The notes beneath the pieces were generated by a model. That model saw nothing but the letters and a program-made list of their open reading frames with translations. It had not been told where the DNA came from and searched no databases. The position numbers and the translations under genes were made by a program. A stretch of DNA of 64,000 bases from Candidatus Parcubacteria bacterium (lineage in GTDB: Bacteria > Patescibacteriota > Minisyncoccia > Minisyncoccales > JAGMDC01): assembly GCA_023128895.1 (NCBI GenBank), contig JAGMDC010000003.1, positions 70,514 through 134,513 of the forward strand. Reading direction: 5' to 3'. The first letter of the stretch is position 1. The number at the start of each line of letters is the position of its first letter. This document shows, one piece after another, positions 21,040 to 32,085 of the stretch.

Positions 21040-21115
21040 TGTGTTGCTATGAGAGTGTAGAACAATATCATTATACCCCCAAAAATCCCCTCCTGTCAAA
21101 TTTCGCGCGCTCATA

Positions 21116-21137
21116 AAAAAAAGCGGCTCAACGAGCC
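21116..21137 (-). terminator. terminator hairpin GGCTCAACGAGCC flanked by A8/T-run (bidirectional)
   Basis: Seen in sequence directly after the stop of the 21138..22304 gene. Confidence 0.7.
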
Positions 21138-22304
21138 TTAATTTTTTATTTTATAAGTGGCGTATTCGAAAGGGAGCCATGGATTTGCATAAAGAAGCTT
21201 TGCTACAAACGAAAAGGAAGATATCCCTGAAAAATCAATCCCCTGCAAGGAACGACCCAATTTATTTAATTTTTCGTCTTCCAAAGCGCGAGCAAACTTC
21301 GTAAATTTATAGAGTTTATCAAACTCTTTCCCTGTCTTTTCCCAAAGAATTTTTTCGTACTCTCTCAATCCTTCAGCGCTTGTGTCTCCATTTTTAATAG
21401 CGTTATACGCGGTGCGCGCTGCAAAATTTCCCGACAGCATAGCATATCTTATACCGCCCCCTGTCAATGGATTAACTTCCCTCGCCGCGTCTCCTACAAG
21501 GAGAATGTTGTCCGCGCTATGCGCTTTTATAGACGCCCCTGGAATTTTTCCTGCAGATATGCCCATAATCCCGTATTTAGAAAAATTCGCGTTCACGAAC
21601 TTATCTAAATAACCAGCAATAATACTTCTGTCTGCATCAAACATACCTATCCCAACATTTGCGAGACCGTTTCCTTTTGGAAAAATCCAAACATATCCTC
21701 CGCCTGGCGTATATTTATTGCCTATATAAATCTTTGCGCGGTCTAAATCCTTTAACTCTAAGGAATATAAAAGATATTGTTGGCAATATATCCAATCGGC
21801 GTTATCTATTCCAACGTTTATCCCGGCTAATCGTCCTATGTTTGAGTTTGGGCCATCTGCTGCAATCACTACATTAGCAAAAAGAGAAAATTTCTCACCA
21901 GAATGTAAAATCTCAAGTTTGGCTTTTCCATTCTCTTTTGCAAATCCTTTCGCTTTAGCGCGCATCAAAATATCAGCGCCAGCATCCATTGCTCTCGTTG
22001 CCAAATGTCTCTCAAAAAGCGGCCTGTCTAAAATATAAGCTCTGTCGTTAACAGAAGCATTAGTTCCGTCAGGGAAAAAGACGTCAAGACCTTTTATTTC
22101 CGTGGATACATATTTTTTATCCACTGGTCCTAAAATTTCTTCAATGTGCCTTTGTCCCACTCCTTCCGCGCAATTGGAGGAATATCCTATACTCCTTTGC
22201 TGCTCCACTAATAAAACATTCAAACCTATTTCAGCTGCTATTTTCGCAGCCCAGGACCCGCCGGGTCCAGCCCCAACAACTATCACATCATATTCTTTTT
22301 CCAT
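21138..22304 (-). CDS. FAD-dependent oxidoreductase, geranylgeranyl-reductase family
   Basis: N-terminal GxGxxG FAD fold YDVIVVGAGPGGSWAAKIAAEIGLNVLLVE. Confidence 0.75.
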   Translation of the reverse strand: MEKEYDVIVVGAGPGGSWAAKIAAEIGLNVLLVEQQRSIGYSSNCAEGVGQRHIEEILGPVDKKYVSTEIKGLDVFFPDGTNASVNDRAYILDRPLFERHLATRAMDAGADILMRAKAKGFAKENGKAKLEILHSGEKFSLFANVVIAADGPNSNIGRLAGINVGIDNADWIYCQQYLLYSLELKDLDRAKIYIGNKYTPGGGYVWIFPKGNGLANVGIGMFDADRSIIAGYLDKFVNANFSKYGIMGISAGKIPGASIKAHSADNILLVGDAAREVNPLTGGGIRYAMLSGNFAARTAYNAIKNGDTSAEGLREYEKILWEKTGKEFDKLYKFTKFARALEDEKLNKLGRSLQGIDFSGISSFSFVAKLLYANPWLPFEYATYKIKN

Positions 22305-22340
22305 TTTCTATCCTCTCCTGTTTTTTTATATATTCAAAAT

Positions 22341-22409
22341 CTTATGTGCCGATGGCTTCCTATTTTCGCCATCAAGCAAATATTAACACTTTTCTTTCCT
22401 GTTTGTCAA
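22341..22409 (-). promoter_or_regulatory. promoter (TTGACA-17-TTAATAT) plus leader hairpin GATGGC-N11-GCCATC; copy 1 of a duplicated module
   Basis: ~65-bp direct repeat with 23238-23304. Confidence 0.6.
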
Positions 22410-22555
22410 TTTTTTTTTACAACAAGCGGCATAAAAAAAAATGCCTAATCGTGTCAGCTAAATTTCAGCCAAACACTAATTAAACAAATGTTTGCGATTA
22501 TGGCGCTAATGCCCCTTAACCCACTTTATAACTTCTTTCATTTGTTTTATCCCCT

Positions 22556-23200
22556 CTATATCGCCCGTATCCTCAAAAAAATATCCAATGCCAGTTCTCC
22601 ATAAATCCCAGCATAGTGTTTTTCTCCCAATTCTTTGTAACACTCTGATATTCCGGCATAAGTCAACGCCTCACCTCTCTCGTCGCCTACTTTCTTACGA
22701 GCAGCCAATGCCATTTCGTAGAGCAAAATCGCTCTCTCCGCACTCCCTTTCACTTGCTCAATATACGCAACACTCTGCATCATATTTCCGACATCCTTAT
22801 CACTCGCCGCATGGTCACTCTCACTCATCGCTTTCAAAAGCGCCATTTTCGTTGCTTCTACCTCTTCGTCCGAAATCGGAATATTACCATAGACTTTGCA
22901 GATAAACATCTCAAACCACGTATAAGCAAGTTGAATTGGATCATCATTCCTGTACCCAGCCGCGTGTTGCAAACTTTCAACCGCATACTCGTATTTGCCC
23001 ATTGCCCGAAGTATTCTACCTTCACAATGGCAAATCAATCCTTTTAATATTCTTGATTTGCTTTCGGGTAAAAAATCTGCTTGGTCCCATGCTTCCCTCA
23101 ATGCTTGTAACGCCGCATTGTTATTGCCTTTCTCTGAAAGCCCATTTGCTCTATCAATCATTTTCTTTATTTCTTTTCTATCCATTTTTTTCTTTTTCAC
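22556..23200 (-). CDS. hypothetical TPR-like helical repeat protein
   Basis: ORF; helical repeat character. Confidence 0.5.
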   Translation of the reverse strand: MKKKKMDRKEIKKMIDRANGLSEKGNNNAALQALREAWDQADFLPESKSRILKGLICHCEGRILRAMGKYEYAVESLQHAAGYRNDDPIQLAYTWFEMFICKVYGNIPISDEEVEATKMALLKAMSESDHAASDKDVGNMMQSVAYIEQVKGSAERAILLYEMALAARKKVGDERGEALTYAGISECYKELGEKHYAGIYGELALDIFLRIRAI

Positions 23201-23237
23201 TTCCTGTTCTTTTTATTATTTATCTATTATTCATATC

Positions 23238-23304
23238 CTTATGTGCCGATGGCCTCTTTTTTCGCCATCAAGCAAACGTTAACACTTTATTTTTTATTTG
23301 TCAA
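23238..23304 (-). promoter_or_regulatory. promoter + leader hairpin module, copy 2
   Basis: Direct repeat of 22341-22409. Confidence 0.6.
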
Positions 23305-24753
23305 ATCAGAATGTTTGACAAGGACTTTTTTCTCGAAATATTGTAAAAGATATGGGAGTTTATCGCGCGGACGCAGTTTATCGCGCGAGCGCTGTTCAGC
23401 GATTTTCCAACTCAGATAAAACGCTGTAATACATTCTTTCTTTGTTCCAACGCACTCCAACGGCTTTACTTTCTTCTCCCCTATCAATTCCTTCATAATC
23501 GGCAATAATTCTTTTTTCTCAAAAAGGTTTTCGTGAAAAATTATGAGCAGTTCTTTCTCTTTTAAAAACGGATATAAAATTGAAAATACAAACAAACATT
23601 TGGAACAATTGTTGCACCACTTTCCTAACGGCTTTCTTGTTCCTGAATGAGTTTTTCGCGCTTCATTGCAGCTCAAAAATACGGAAAAATATCGCGAAAA
23701 TTTGGAAAACATTTTAGCGATTTGTATTTCGTCAAACTTTCTTAAAAAATTAAAATAATTAATGTCTTTTGTTAGATATTTTTTAATATAATTTTTGAAT
23801 TTTTTTTCAAAATCCGCGGTTTTTGAATACTGGTGATTGATAATTTTCCCTAAATATTCTACATTGCCTTCGTTAGCGCTTTTCTCGCACGACATTGCCA
23901 CATTTTCATATCCAAACAGCGCGGCGCAGAAAACAGCCAAATTAGAAACAATAGCAGTTATAGGAGTATGGCCGTTAAGAAACTCTTTTTGAATTAGTTT
24001 TATTAAAGCAGGGTCAATTTTCCGCTTTATAATTATAGGATTTTTAATGCCGGCGATTTTGAAAATCTTAAAATGCTCTTTTGTAGGATTTAAAACAAAA
24101 CAATTTAATTGTTTCACGGACAACTCGCTTTTCAATGTTTCCAATGTTGTGATAGAATCCTTGCCCTCGCCCATTGGAATCAGCACCTTGCCATTTATAG
24201 CTTGCGGAGGCCGGGTCTCCACACCAATTCCATTGGCGTGGGGGCGGGCCTCCGTCAATTTTGCGGAGGTCGGGTTTCCTTTTGCTTTGCCTGTTGAAAC
24301 AATTTTTAAAAAATTTGGCTGTTTGAAATCAATTTTATTCTCATAAAAGAACTGCCCCATTCCATTCAATATAAAGTCCTCCCACCATTTGATTTGCGCT
24401 TTATTAAGATACCCTGCTCTGATTTCTATTTTTGGCGAACAAGTCGTTTTCCAATAACTTGGAATTTCCATCATTCCAATATGGAAAACAAAATTATCAA
24501 ACGCGCTCTCCCCTATTTTTTCTTTTATTCTCTTAATTTGTTTTTGATTCACATTCTCAATCAAAATTCTCGGCTTAAATTCAATACTACGAGAACGGTT
24601 CTCGTAGTGTTGAATTTTAAAATCAAAAAACAATTCCAAATTATTTTTAGATATTTTGCAGGAATAATCCTGATAAACAAACTTTGGATATTTTTTCCTT
24701 AAATCCTTTGCTTTCATATACTTCATTATTGCTAAAAACCCTGAAAAAAGCAA
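23287..24753 (-). CDS. hypothetical protein; possible PP-loop-like (GEGKDS) ATP-pyrophosphatase domain with C-terminal CxxC
   Basis: SGGKDS-like motif LIPMGEGKDS; CNNCSKC. Confidence 0.35.
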   Translation of the reverse strand: MLFSGFLAIMKYMKAKDLRKKYPKFVYQDYSCKISKNNLELFFDFKIQHYENRSRSIEFKPRILIENVNQKQIKRIKEKIGESAFDNFVFHIGMMEIPSYWKTTCSPKIEIRAGYLNKAQIKWWEDFILNGMGQFFYENKIDFKQPNFLKIVSTGKAKGNPTSAKLTEARPHANGIGVETRPPQAINGKVLIPMGEGKDSITTLETLKSELSVKQLNCFVLNPTKEHFKIFKIAGIKNPIIIKRKIDPALIKLIQKEFLNGHTPITAIVSNLAVFCAALFGYENVAMSCEKSANEGNVEYLGKIINHQYSKTADFEKKFKNYIKKYLTKDINYFNFLRKFDEIQIAKMFSKFSRYFSVFLSCNEARKTHSGTRKPLGKWCNNCSKCLFVFSILYPFLKEKELLIIFHENLFEKKELLPIMKELIGEKKVKPLECVGTKKECITAFYLSWKIAEQRSRDKLRPRDKLPYLLQYFEKKVLVKHSDLTNKK

Positions 24754-24801
24754 AAAAAAATAACTGGGTTGAATTTTAACTCAGCTTGATTTTTTTTAAT
24801 T

Positions 24802-25203
24802 TCATTGCATCTTTTGAACATCTATCATTTTATTGGAACAGCGCTTACAGCGTGACTTAGTGGTTATTTGGTAAATTGTCCCTATCTCCCATTCATTGAA
24901 TTTCGAAGAGCCTATCGTTATAGAAAAACCATTCTCGAAAACAATGATGTGTCTGAGTGTGAATATTCTAATTTCAACCACTTTCCCGATATATCTTTTT
25001 TTCTCTGAAGACCATCTATGTTCCTTTGGTATTTCAACTATTATAGTTTCTACAACACTTTGATTAACTGGCTCCTTGACTTTAATATCTTTGCACGTAA
25101 CGATTACTGGTTGTTCCTCGTATCTTACTGATGTTGCTATCAACCCAAATAAAAACGCTGCTGCAATCACAACAAATATCACATTTCTTGTTCTTTCCCT
25201 CAT
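24802..25203 (-). CDS. hypothetical protein with an N-terminal TM anchor
   Basis: ORF. Confidence 0.45.
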   Translation of the reverse strand: MRERTRNVIFVVIAAAFLFGLIATSVRYEEQPVIVTCKDIKVKEPVNQSVVETIIVEIPKEHRWSSEKKRYIGKVVEIRIFTLRHIIVFENGFSITIGSSKFNEWEIGTIYQITTKSRCKRCSNKMIDVQKMQ

Positions 25204-25299
25204 GCCTTTCTACCTCCTATTTTTTTTTAAATTTGATGAAAATTTTCTTTTTCTCATCTCTGTCTTTCTTTTAACAAATCTTTAAGGATTAGTCAATGA

Positions 25300-26400
25300 T
25301 TATAACCCTTCTTCGGAAAGTTGTTTGAGCAGGTCCTTTTGCTTTCTGGAAAGATGCTTTGGAATATCAACATCTAATTTTACATAAAGGTGGCCCCTGC
25401 CAAATCCGGAAAAATGCGGAATTCCTTTTCTGGAAATTCTCAATATCTTGCCTGACTGAGTAGCGCTCGGAACTTTTAATAAAATTTTAGTGCCATCCAA
25501 ATTAGAAATTTCTATCTCGCTTCCCAGAGCTGCCCGCGAAAAAGAAACTGGGACTGAAATATGCAAGTCGTCGCCTGTTCTCTTAAACACAGGATGCTTC
25601 TTGACAAAAATGCGGACATATATATTTCCTGACTCGCCTCCCCTAATTCCAGCATCGCCTTTGCCTTCAATTTTTATTACTTGATTGCTATCAACTCCTG
25701 CCGGGATAAAAATTTTAATTTTTTCTTCGCCCTGTACTCTTCCCTCGCCTTTGCAGACATTGCAGGGTTTTTCCGGTTTTGTTCCTTCGCCTTTACACTC
25801 CGGACAAATAGTATAATGCGTTATAGAGCCAAGAAATGTTCTTTTAATCTGCTGAACCTGTCCCGTTCCCCTGCAGGAAAAACACTCTTTTACAGCAGTA
25901 CCCGGCTCCGCGCCTGTCCCTTTGCATCTGGAGCAGGTATTCATTTTATAAAGTTTGATTTCGCGCGCCTGATTTTTTAACACTGCTTCCAAAGGAAGTT
26001 CTATGTCTATTTGAATATTATCCCCTCTTTTAATATCTGTTTTTCGCTCAGCCCTGCCAAACCCATGACCAAAAAACTCTCCAAATATATCTCCCATATC
26101 TCCAAATCCAAATTCCGCTCCCTGCCCGAATTTATCTCTCATCGCTTCAAAATCAAATCCGCCAGCGCCGAAACCGGGACCTCCTTGCGCGCCGCCTTCA
26201 AATACCCTGCCAAATTTGTCATATTGCTCTCTCTTGCTTTTATCAGAAAGAATTTGATAAGCTTCGTTTATCTCCTTAAATTTTTTTTCGTCGCCGCCTT
26301 TGTCTGGATGGTATTTATGGGCAAGCTTCCTATATGCTTTTTTTATATCCTGTTCTGTGGCATTCTTCGCCACCCCCAGGATTTGATAATAATCAGCCAT
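25300..26400 (-). CDS. dnaJ: chaperone DnaJ
   Basis: J-domain HPD motif, G/F region, four CxxCxGxG repeats. Confidence 0.95.
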   Translation of the reverse strand: MADYYQILGVAKNATEQDIKKAYRKLAHKYHPDKGGDEKKFKEINEAYQILSDKSKREQYDKFGRVFEGGAQGGPGFGAGGFDFEAMRDKFGQGAEFGFGDMGDIFGEFFGHGFGRAERKTDIKRGDNIQIDIELPLEAVLKNQAREIKLYKMNTCSRCKGTGAEPGTAVKECFSCRGTGQVQQIKRTFLGSITHYTICPECKGEGTKPEKPCNVCKGEGRVQGEEKIKIFIPAGVDSNQVIKIEGKGDAGIRGGESGNIYVRIFVKKHPVFKRTGDDLHISVPVSFSRAALGSEIEISNLDGTKILLKVPSATQSGKILRISRKGIPHFSGFGRGHLYVKLDVDIPKHLSRKQKDLLKQLSEEGL

Positions 26401-26415
26401 AAATAAAAAAATGAT

Positions 26416-26586
26416 GAGCGAGGCAACAAGCCCTCAATGGCAAACATCGGAGGCGCCTGAGCATGGTCCGAGCCCCCACACCTAATTTAGGTGTGGGGGC
26501 TCGGTCAGGCGCTGAGATATTAGACCCCAAAATCCCGCTGGGATTTTGAGGGTCGGTGCCTTGAGGACTTCGTTGCCGAGCGAATT
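26416..26586. repeat. ~170-nt structured intergenic element, copy 1 (between dnaK and dnaJ)
   Basis: Terminal ~20-bp inverted repeats GAGCGAGGCAACAAGCCCTCAA/TTGAGGGCTTCGTTGCCgaGCG, with internal hairpins CCGAGCCCCCACACC...GGTGTGGGGGCTCGG and CAAAATCCC-GCT-GGGATTTTG. Confidence 0.85.
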
Positions 26587-26595
26587 ATTTATGAA

Positions 26596-28491
26596 TTACT
26601 TCTCCTTATATTCGCCTTCTTCCGCGGTTTTGTCGTCAGTTTGTTTGTCGTCTTTATTTTCTCCTTCCTGCGGAGGAGTTTGCTGCTGCGTTTGCTGATA
26701 CATTTGCGCCCCTACTTTCTGAATTGCTTGGGACAATTCTTCTGTCTTTTGTTTAATTTCTTCTATGCTATCGCTATCTTTTACTTTCCTTAACGCTTCT
26801 ATTTTTTCTTCTATCTCTTTTTTTGTTTCTGCTGAAACCTTGTCTCCAGCGTCTTTCAGGGTCTTTTTTGTTGTGTATATCAAACTATCCGCCAAATTTT
26901 TTGCTTCAATTGTTTCTTTCTTTTTCCTGTCTTCTTCAGCGTGCAATTCCGCGTCTTTTTTCATTTTATCCACTTCTTCGTCTGACACGCCGCAAGAACC
27001 CTCAATCCTTATTGATTGGGTTTTCCCGCTCGCTTTATCTTTCGCTGAAACATTTAAAATTCCGTTCGCGTCAATGTCAAAACTCACTTCTATTTGAGGC
27101 ACGCCGCGCGGCGCGGGCGGAATTCCGTCTAAAATAAATCTGCCCAATGTCTTATTATCCGCGGAACTCGGCCTCTCGCCCTGCAAAATATGAATTTCCA
27201 CTGAGGGCTGATTGTCAGCAGCAGTTGAAAAAACCTGCGTCTTGGAAGTTGGAATAGTTGTATTTTTTGAAATCAAAATAGTGTTAACCTGTCCCATTGT
27301 TTCAATACCCAAAGACAACGGCGTTACATCTAAAAGCAAAACATCTTTTACTTCCCCTTGTAATATGCCCGCCTGGACCGCGGCGCCCATTGCGACAACT
27401 TCGTCAGGATTAATGCCTTTATGCGGCTCTTTGCCGAATAAATTTTTAATTTCTTCCTGTATTTTCGGCATTCTTGTCTGGCCTCCTACCAACACTATCT
27501 CGTGGATATCTTTTATTTCCATACCAGCGTCCTTTAATGTTTGTTTTGTTAATTCAATTGACCTGTCAACATATTCTTTGACTAATTCTTCAAACTCCGC
27601 GCGCGTTAATTTATAAAGAAGATGCTTGGGTCCGGAACTATCAGAAGTCACAAATGGAATATTAATTTCTGTCTCTAATGTAGTGGACAATTCAACTTTG
27701 GCTTTCTCCGCCGCTTCTTTTAGCCGCTGTAAAGCCAATTGGTCTTGCGATAAATCAATTCCCTGATCTTGCTTAAATTTATCCACCAGCCATGTAATAA
27801 TTTTTTGGTCAAAATCATCTCCCCCTAAATGAGTGTCTCCGCCAGTAGATTTCACTTCCACTGTATCCTCACTCACATCCAAAACAGAAACATCAAATGT
27901 TCCTCCGCCAAAGTCATATACAATAATGTTTTTCTCTCCCTGCTTTGTTAAGCCGTAAGCCAGCGCCGCGGCAGTTGGCTCGTTAATTATTCTTTTCACT
28001 GTAAATCCAGCTACCTCGCCCGCGACTTTTGTCGCCTTTCTCTGTGAATCGTCAAAATAAGCGGGACAAGTGATAATCGCTTCTGTGATTTTTTCGCCTA
28101 ATTTCTCTTCCGCGTCTGCTTTCAATTTCTGCAAAAACATTGCTGAAATTTCCAATGGCTTGTACCATTTATCTCCCATTTTTACTTCCACTCCCCCATC
28201 AGACGCCTCTTTTAATTCATAAGGGAGAAGTTTTTTGTCCTTTTGAATTTCTAAATCAGAAAACCGGCGGCCTACCAGCCGTTTAACAGAAAAAATAGTA
28301 TTTTGGGAATTAGTTATCTGCTGTCTTTTTGCCAAAATACCTGCTAATCTCTCATTATTTTTGCCCAACGCAACAACAGAAGGCGTGGTACGCGCACCCT
28401 CTTTATTTTCAATAATTTTCGGCTCCCCTGCCTCAACAACGGCCATTGCCGAATAAGTTGTTCCTAAATCAATACCTAATATCTTTGACAT
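26596..28491 (-). CDS. dnaK: chaperone DnaK (Hsp70)
   Basis: [16 protein letters not shown] motifs. Confidence 0.95.
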   Translation of the reverse strand: MSKILGIDLGTTYSAMAVVEAGEPKIIENKEGARTTPSVVALGKNNERLAGILAKRQQITNSQNTIFSVKRLVGRRFSDLEIQKDKKLLPYELKEASDGGVEVKMGDKWYKPLEISAMFLQKLKADAEEKLGEKITEAIITCPAYFDDSQRKATKVAGEVAGFTVKRIINEPTAAALAYGLTKQGEKNIIVYDFGGGTFDVSVLDVSEDTVEVKSTGGDTHLGGDDFDQKIITWLVDKFKQDQGIDLSQDQLALQRLKEAAEKAKVELSTTLETEINIPFVTSDSSGPKHLLYKLTRAEFEELVKEYVDRSIELTKQTLKDAGMEIKDIHEIVLVGGQTRMPKIQEEIKNLFGKEPHKGINPDEVVAMGAAVQAGILQGEVKDVLLLDVTPLSLGIETMGQVNTILISKNTTIPTSKTQVFSTAADNQPSVEIHILQGERPSSADNKTLGRFILDGIPPAPRGVPQIEVSFDIDANGILNVSAKDKASGKTQSIRIEGSCGVSDEEVDKMKKDAELHAEEDRKKKETIEAKNLADSLIYTTKKTLKDAGDKVSAETKKEIEEKIEALRKVKDSDSIEEIKQKTEELSQAIQKVGAQMYQQTQQQTPPQEGENKDDKQTDDKTAEEGEYKEK

Positions 28492-28540
28492 ATTTGTGAT
28501 TAAATACCACCCCTAAACAGACAGCATAGAGATGGTTTTC

Positions 28541-28578
28541 TATACATTATATATTATACATTATACATTATACAAAAT
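28541..28578. repeat. tandem heptamer (ACATTAT/ATTATAC)x4 in the dnaK upstream region
   Basis: Seen in sequence. Confidence 0.8.
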
Positions 28579-28590
28579 AGCGCGTAAAAA

Positions 28591-30984
28591 TCAAGATTTG
28601 GTTTGTCTTAATTTTGACAAAAGAAAAATTGTCTTAATGATTGTATCTGGGTTCAAAGAAATACTCTCTATCCCTTCTTTAACTAAAAATTCCGCAAACG
28701 CCGGAAAGTCGCTCGGAGCGTTTCCGCAGATGCCGCAGTATTTTTTCTTTTTGTTGCAAAGTTTAATAACTTGCGATATCATTTCTTTCACAGCTGGATT
28801 TCTTTCGTCGCTGATATGCGCGATGCGCGCGTTATCTCTGTCCATTCCCAATATTAATTGCGTTAAATCGTTTGACCCGATAGACATTCCGTCAAAAATT
28901 TCTAAAAATTCATCTGCTAAAATAACATTAGACGGAATCTCGCACATTACAATTACTTTCAACTCATCTTTGCCTTTTTCCAAGCCAAATTTTTTCATTA
29001 AAGCGATCACGGCTCTTCCCTCTTCCGGGGTTCTGCAAAATGGAACCATTACTGTAATATTTTTCAAACCGAATTCATCACGCGTTTTCTTTATCGCCTT
29101 ACATTCCATTTCAAACGCTGGCTGAAATTCCTTGTCTAAATAACGGCAAGCGCCTCTAAATCCAAGCATTGGATTTGATTCTTCGTTTTCAAATAATTCC
29201 CCTCCAATAAGATTTTTATATTCATTAGTCTTGAAATCAGACAGACGCACAATCACTTCTTTCGGATAGAACGCAGACGCGATTATCCCCACGCCTTCCG
29301 CAAGTTTATCCACAAAATACTGCTCTTTGTCTTTATACCCAATCGTCAACTCCTCCACCTTCTTAATTATTTTTTTGAATTTCTGGCTTGGGATTTCCTT
29401 GAATTTATTCAGGGCTAATGGATGTATTCTAATCTTCTCGGCAATAATAAATTCCTCGCGCGCCAGACCAACCCCATTATTCGGCAAAAACGAATTCTTA
29501 AAAGCAATATCCGGCGTTCCGATATTAAGCATTATCTTTGTTTTAATCTTTGGAATTTTCTTCAAATTATATTTCTTAATTTCGAATGAAATTTTTCCAG
29601 AATAAATTTTCCCGTCCAGCCCCTGAGAGCAGTCAATGGTAATTTCTTGGTTATTTTTCAAAATTTTAGTGCCGCGCAAAGTTCCTACAATGCAGGGAAT
29701 TCCCAATTCTCTTGAAACAATTGCCGCGTGGCATACCTTGGAGCCTTCGTCGGTAATAACAGCGCTGGCTATTCTTATCGCAGGCACCCAGTCAGGGTCG
29801 GTCATCTTAGTTACCAAAATTTCTCCTTTCTGAAACTGAGCAATTTCAGAAACATTTGAAATAATTCTCACTCTCCCTTGCCCAATTTTATTTCCAACAG
29901 CAATCCCGCGCAAAATCGGTTTATCTTTTGATTTAATTTTATATTCTTCGTAAAATGTTTTAACTTGCGCTGCGTGAACTGTTTCAGGCCTGGATTGGAC
30001 AATAAATAAATCCCCTGTCTTTCCGTCTTTCGCCCATTCGATATCCTGCGGCAGATTATAAAGCTTTTCTATATCGCAAGCCCATTGGGCCAGCTTCAAA
30101 ATTTCATCATCAGAAAGTGAAAATTTTGTTTGGTCTTTTGGCAAAACTTTTGTTTGTTTCAACCCGCCCTTCCTATTATAAACATACTTTATATTTTTTC
30201 TGCCTAAACTGCGGGAAATTATTGGCTTATAGCCCTGCTTCAATGTCGGCTTAAACACGTAAAATTCGTCCGGGGTAATCTTTCCTTTTACAATGAGCTC
30301 CCCTACTCCATATATTGAATTTATTAAAATAACATCAGGAAATCCAGTTTCAGTATCCAGAGTGAACATTACGCCGGCAGAACCCAAATCAGACCTTACC
30401 ATTTTCTGTATACACACAGACAAAGCGATTTTCAAATGCTCAAATCCCTTTTCCTCGCGATACGCGATAGCTCTGTCAGTGAACAAAGAAGCCATGCATT
30501 TTTTAACCGAGCTTAATAATTCCCGCTCGCCAGTAATATTAAGATATGATTCATGCTGTCCAGCAAAACTAGCGCTCGGCAGGTCTTCCGCTGTTGCCGA
30601 ACTCCTAACAGCAACACTCAAATTCTTCTCATTATATTCCTGCGACAATTTTCTATAATTTTTCAAAATCGCTTTTTCCAAATCTTCTGGAAAATTTGCC
30701 GCTAAAACCAAATCCCGCGCGCTTTTCCCGGTTTCTTGCAAATTCTTAATGCTCTTGGGATTAAATTTCTTAAAAATTTCTTTTAATTCCTTGTCAATCT
30801 TATTTTCTTTCAAAAAATACCAAAACGCGTCTGCCGTAAGCGCGAACCCGTCAGGAATTTTTATTCCTTTTTTAGTTAATTGCGAAAACATCTCGCCCAA
30901 TGACGCGTTCTTGCCCCCGACCAAACCAACATCGCTCTTGCGAATCTCCTTAAACCATAAAATATATTTTTGATTTTTCATCAT
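28591..30984 (-). CDS. ppsA: phosphoenolpyruvate synthase / pyruvate, water dikinase
   Basis: PEP-utilising mobile domain CHAAIVSRELGIPCIVG; ATP-grasp N-terminal. Confidence 0.85.
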   Translation of the reverse strand: MMKNQKYILWFKEIRKSDVGLVGGKNASLGEMFSQLTKKGIKIPDGFALTADAFWYFLKENKIDKELKEIFKKFNPKSIKNLQETGKSARDLVLAANFPEDLEKAILKNYRKLSQEYNEKNLSVAVRSSATAEDLPSASFAGQHESYLNITGERELLSSVKKCMASLFTDRAIAYREEKGFEHLKIALSVCIQKMVRSDLGSAGVMFTLDTETGFPDVILINSIYGVGELIVKGKITPDEFYVFKPTLKQGYKPIISRSLGRKNIKYVYNRKGGLKQTKVLPKDQTKFSLSDDEILKLAQWACDIEKLYNLPQDIEWAKDGKTGDLFIVQSRPETVHAAQVKTFYEEYKIKSKDKPILRGIAVGNKIGQGRVRIISNVSEIAQFQKGEILVTKMTDPDWVPAIRIASAVITDEGSKVCHAAIVSRELGIPCIVGTLRGTKILKNNQEITIDCSQGLDGKIYSGKISFEIKKYNLKKIPKIKTKIMLNIGTPDIAFKNSFLPNNGVGLAREEFIIAEKIRIHPLALNKFKEIPSQKFKKIIKKVEELTIGYKDKEQYFVDKLAEGVGIIASAFYPKEVIVRLSDFKTNEYKNLIGGELFENEESNPMLGFRGACRYLDKEFQPAFEMECKAIKKTRDEFGLKNITVMVPFCRTPEEGRAVIALMKKFGLEKGKDELKVIVMCEIPSNVILADEFLEIFDGMSIGSNDLTQLILGMDRDNARIAHISDERNPAVKEMISQVIKLCNKKKKYCGICGNAPSDFPAFAEFLVKEGIESISLNPDTIIKTIFLLSKLRQTKS

Positions 30985-30987
30985 ATT

Positions 30988-31623
30988 TTAAACCGCAATA
31001 ATTTTATTTTTAATCAGAAAATCTTTTACTGTTTCAAAAATTTTCTGATGCCCAACGGAATTCGGATGCACTCCGTCTTCTAATAATTTTTTATAATCCA
31101 ATTTGAGCCAATCCTCAAAAATTTCAATAAAATGAACATTATTTTTCTTGCAAACTTGCTTTATTATTTGGTCGTATTTTTGAATGTATTCATTTTTGTA
31201 TGACTCATCCGAGTTCCAAGGGATTGGATTGACTTTTACTTCTTCAACAGGAGTCAGCCCAGCAAAAATAATCTTTGAAGAAAATTTTTGGACAATATTT
31301 GTCAACTTTTGAATATTATTTTCAAAATTTTTTATTGAAACTCTCGAACTATTTTTACTATAAATAAATTCGGAATCATTTAAACCAGTTTGAATTATTA
31401 TTACATTACTTTCTTTATACTTTTGCTCTATCCTCACCTTACATTCATTTTCAATCCGTTTCAGCAATTGTGTTGAAATATCACCAGGATTCCCTAAATT
31501 AAAAACTTCATTAAATTTTCCAGTTGTCTTAAACCAAATCTTGAATCTATTTACCCAACCGCCATATTTAATATCATCCGCTCCCCAAACTATACTATCT
31601 CCAAAAACTAAAATTCTTGCCAT
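30988..31623 (-). CDS. SGNH/GDSL hydrolase
   Basis: N-terminal GDSIVWG. Confidence 0.7.
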   Translation of the reverse strand: MARILVFGDSIVWGADDIKYGGWVNRFKIWFKTTGKFNEVFNLGNPGDISTQLLKRIENECKVRIEQKYKESNVIIIQTGLNDSEFIYSKNSSRVSIKNFENNIQKLTNIVQKFSSKIIFAGLTPVEEVKVNPIPWNSDESYKNEYIQKYDQIIKQVCKKNNVHFIEIFEDWLKLDYKKLLEDGVHPNSVGHQKIFETVKDFLIKNKIIAV

Positions 31624-31635
31624 GAAATTAATTTA

Positions 31636-32085
31636 TTAAAAAAGTTTTAATGTTAATGTCGTTACTATAACGCCGGCGATCAAAACGCCTAAAAATATCA
31701 ATGGCAGTGCTTTCTTAAATGGAATCCTGAAAATAAAAGCGCAGATAGAGCCTGTCCACGCGCCGGTAAAAGGCAAAGGAATTGCCACTAAAATAACTAA
31801 CGCCAATTCCTTCCAAACTTCAAATTTTTTCTGATGATTTTTTCTGTTTCTATCAAACAGCCATACAAAAAAGCGATTAAATCTATACCACCGATGGCTT
31901 AAATATTCAGAAGCGGGACCTAACAGCAAAAGCAGAAACACTACTGGAACCATATTGCCCAAAACAGAAAACACAAAAGCAGTTTTAACAGGCAGATGAT
32001 AAACCTCTAAGGCAACAGGAATAGACGCGCGCAACTCCCCTATTGGCGTCATCGCGATAAAAAATGTTTGAAGTTCAGCAATCAT
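31636..32085 (-). CDS. small multidrug-export-like membrane protein (COG2426-like)
   Basis: 4 TM helices; TPIGELRASIP motif. Confidence 0.5.
   Translation of the reverse strand: MIAELQTFFIAMTPIGELRASIPVALEVYHLPVKTAFVFSVLGNMVPVVFLLLLLGPASEYLSHRWYRFNRFFVWLFDRNRKNHQKKFEVWKELALVILVAIPLPFTGAWTGSICAFIFRIPFKKALPLIFLGVLIAGVIVTTLTLKLF

Noticed and set aside
21040-21114. Longer murA start (MSARNLTGG...)
   Set aside because: That ATG directly abuts the upstream terminator U-run; MurA homology begins at MSEKF
26411-26484. 24-aa plus-strand ORF ([23 protein letters not shown]) starting at the ATGAGCGAGG at the left end of each structured element
   Set aside because: Copy 3 has indels that break the frame while preserving the helices; all neighbouring genes are on the other strand
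28492-28590. CIRCE/HrcA operator upstream of dnaK
   Set aside because: No TTAGCACTC-N9-GAGTGCTAA-like inverted repeat; only the ACATTAT tandem repeat is present
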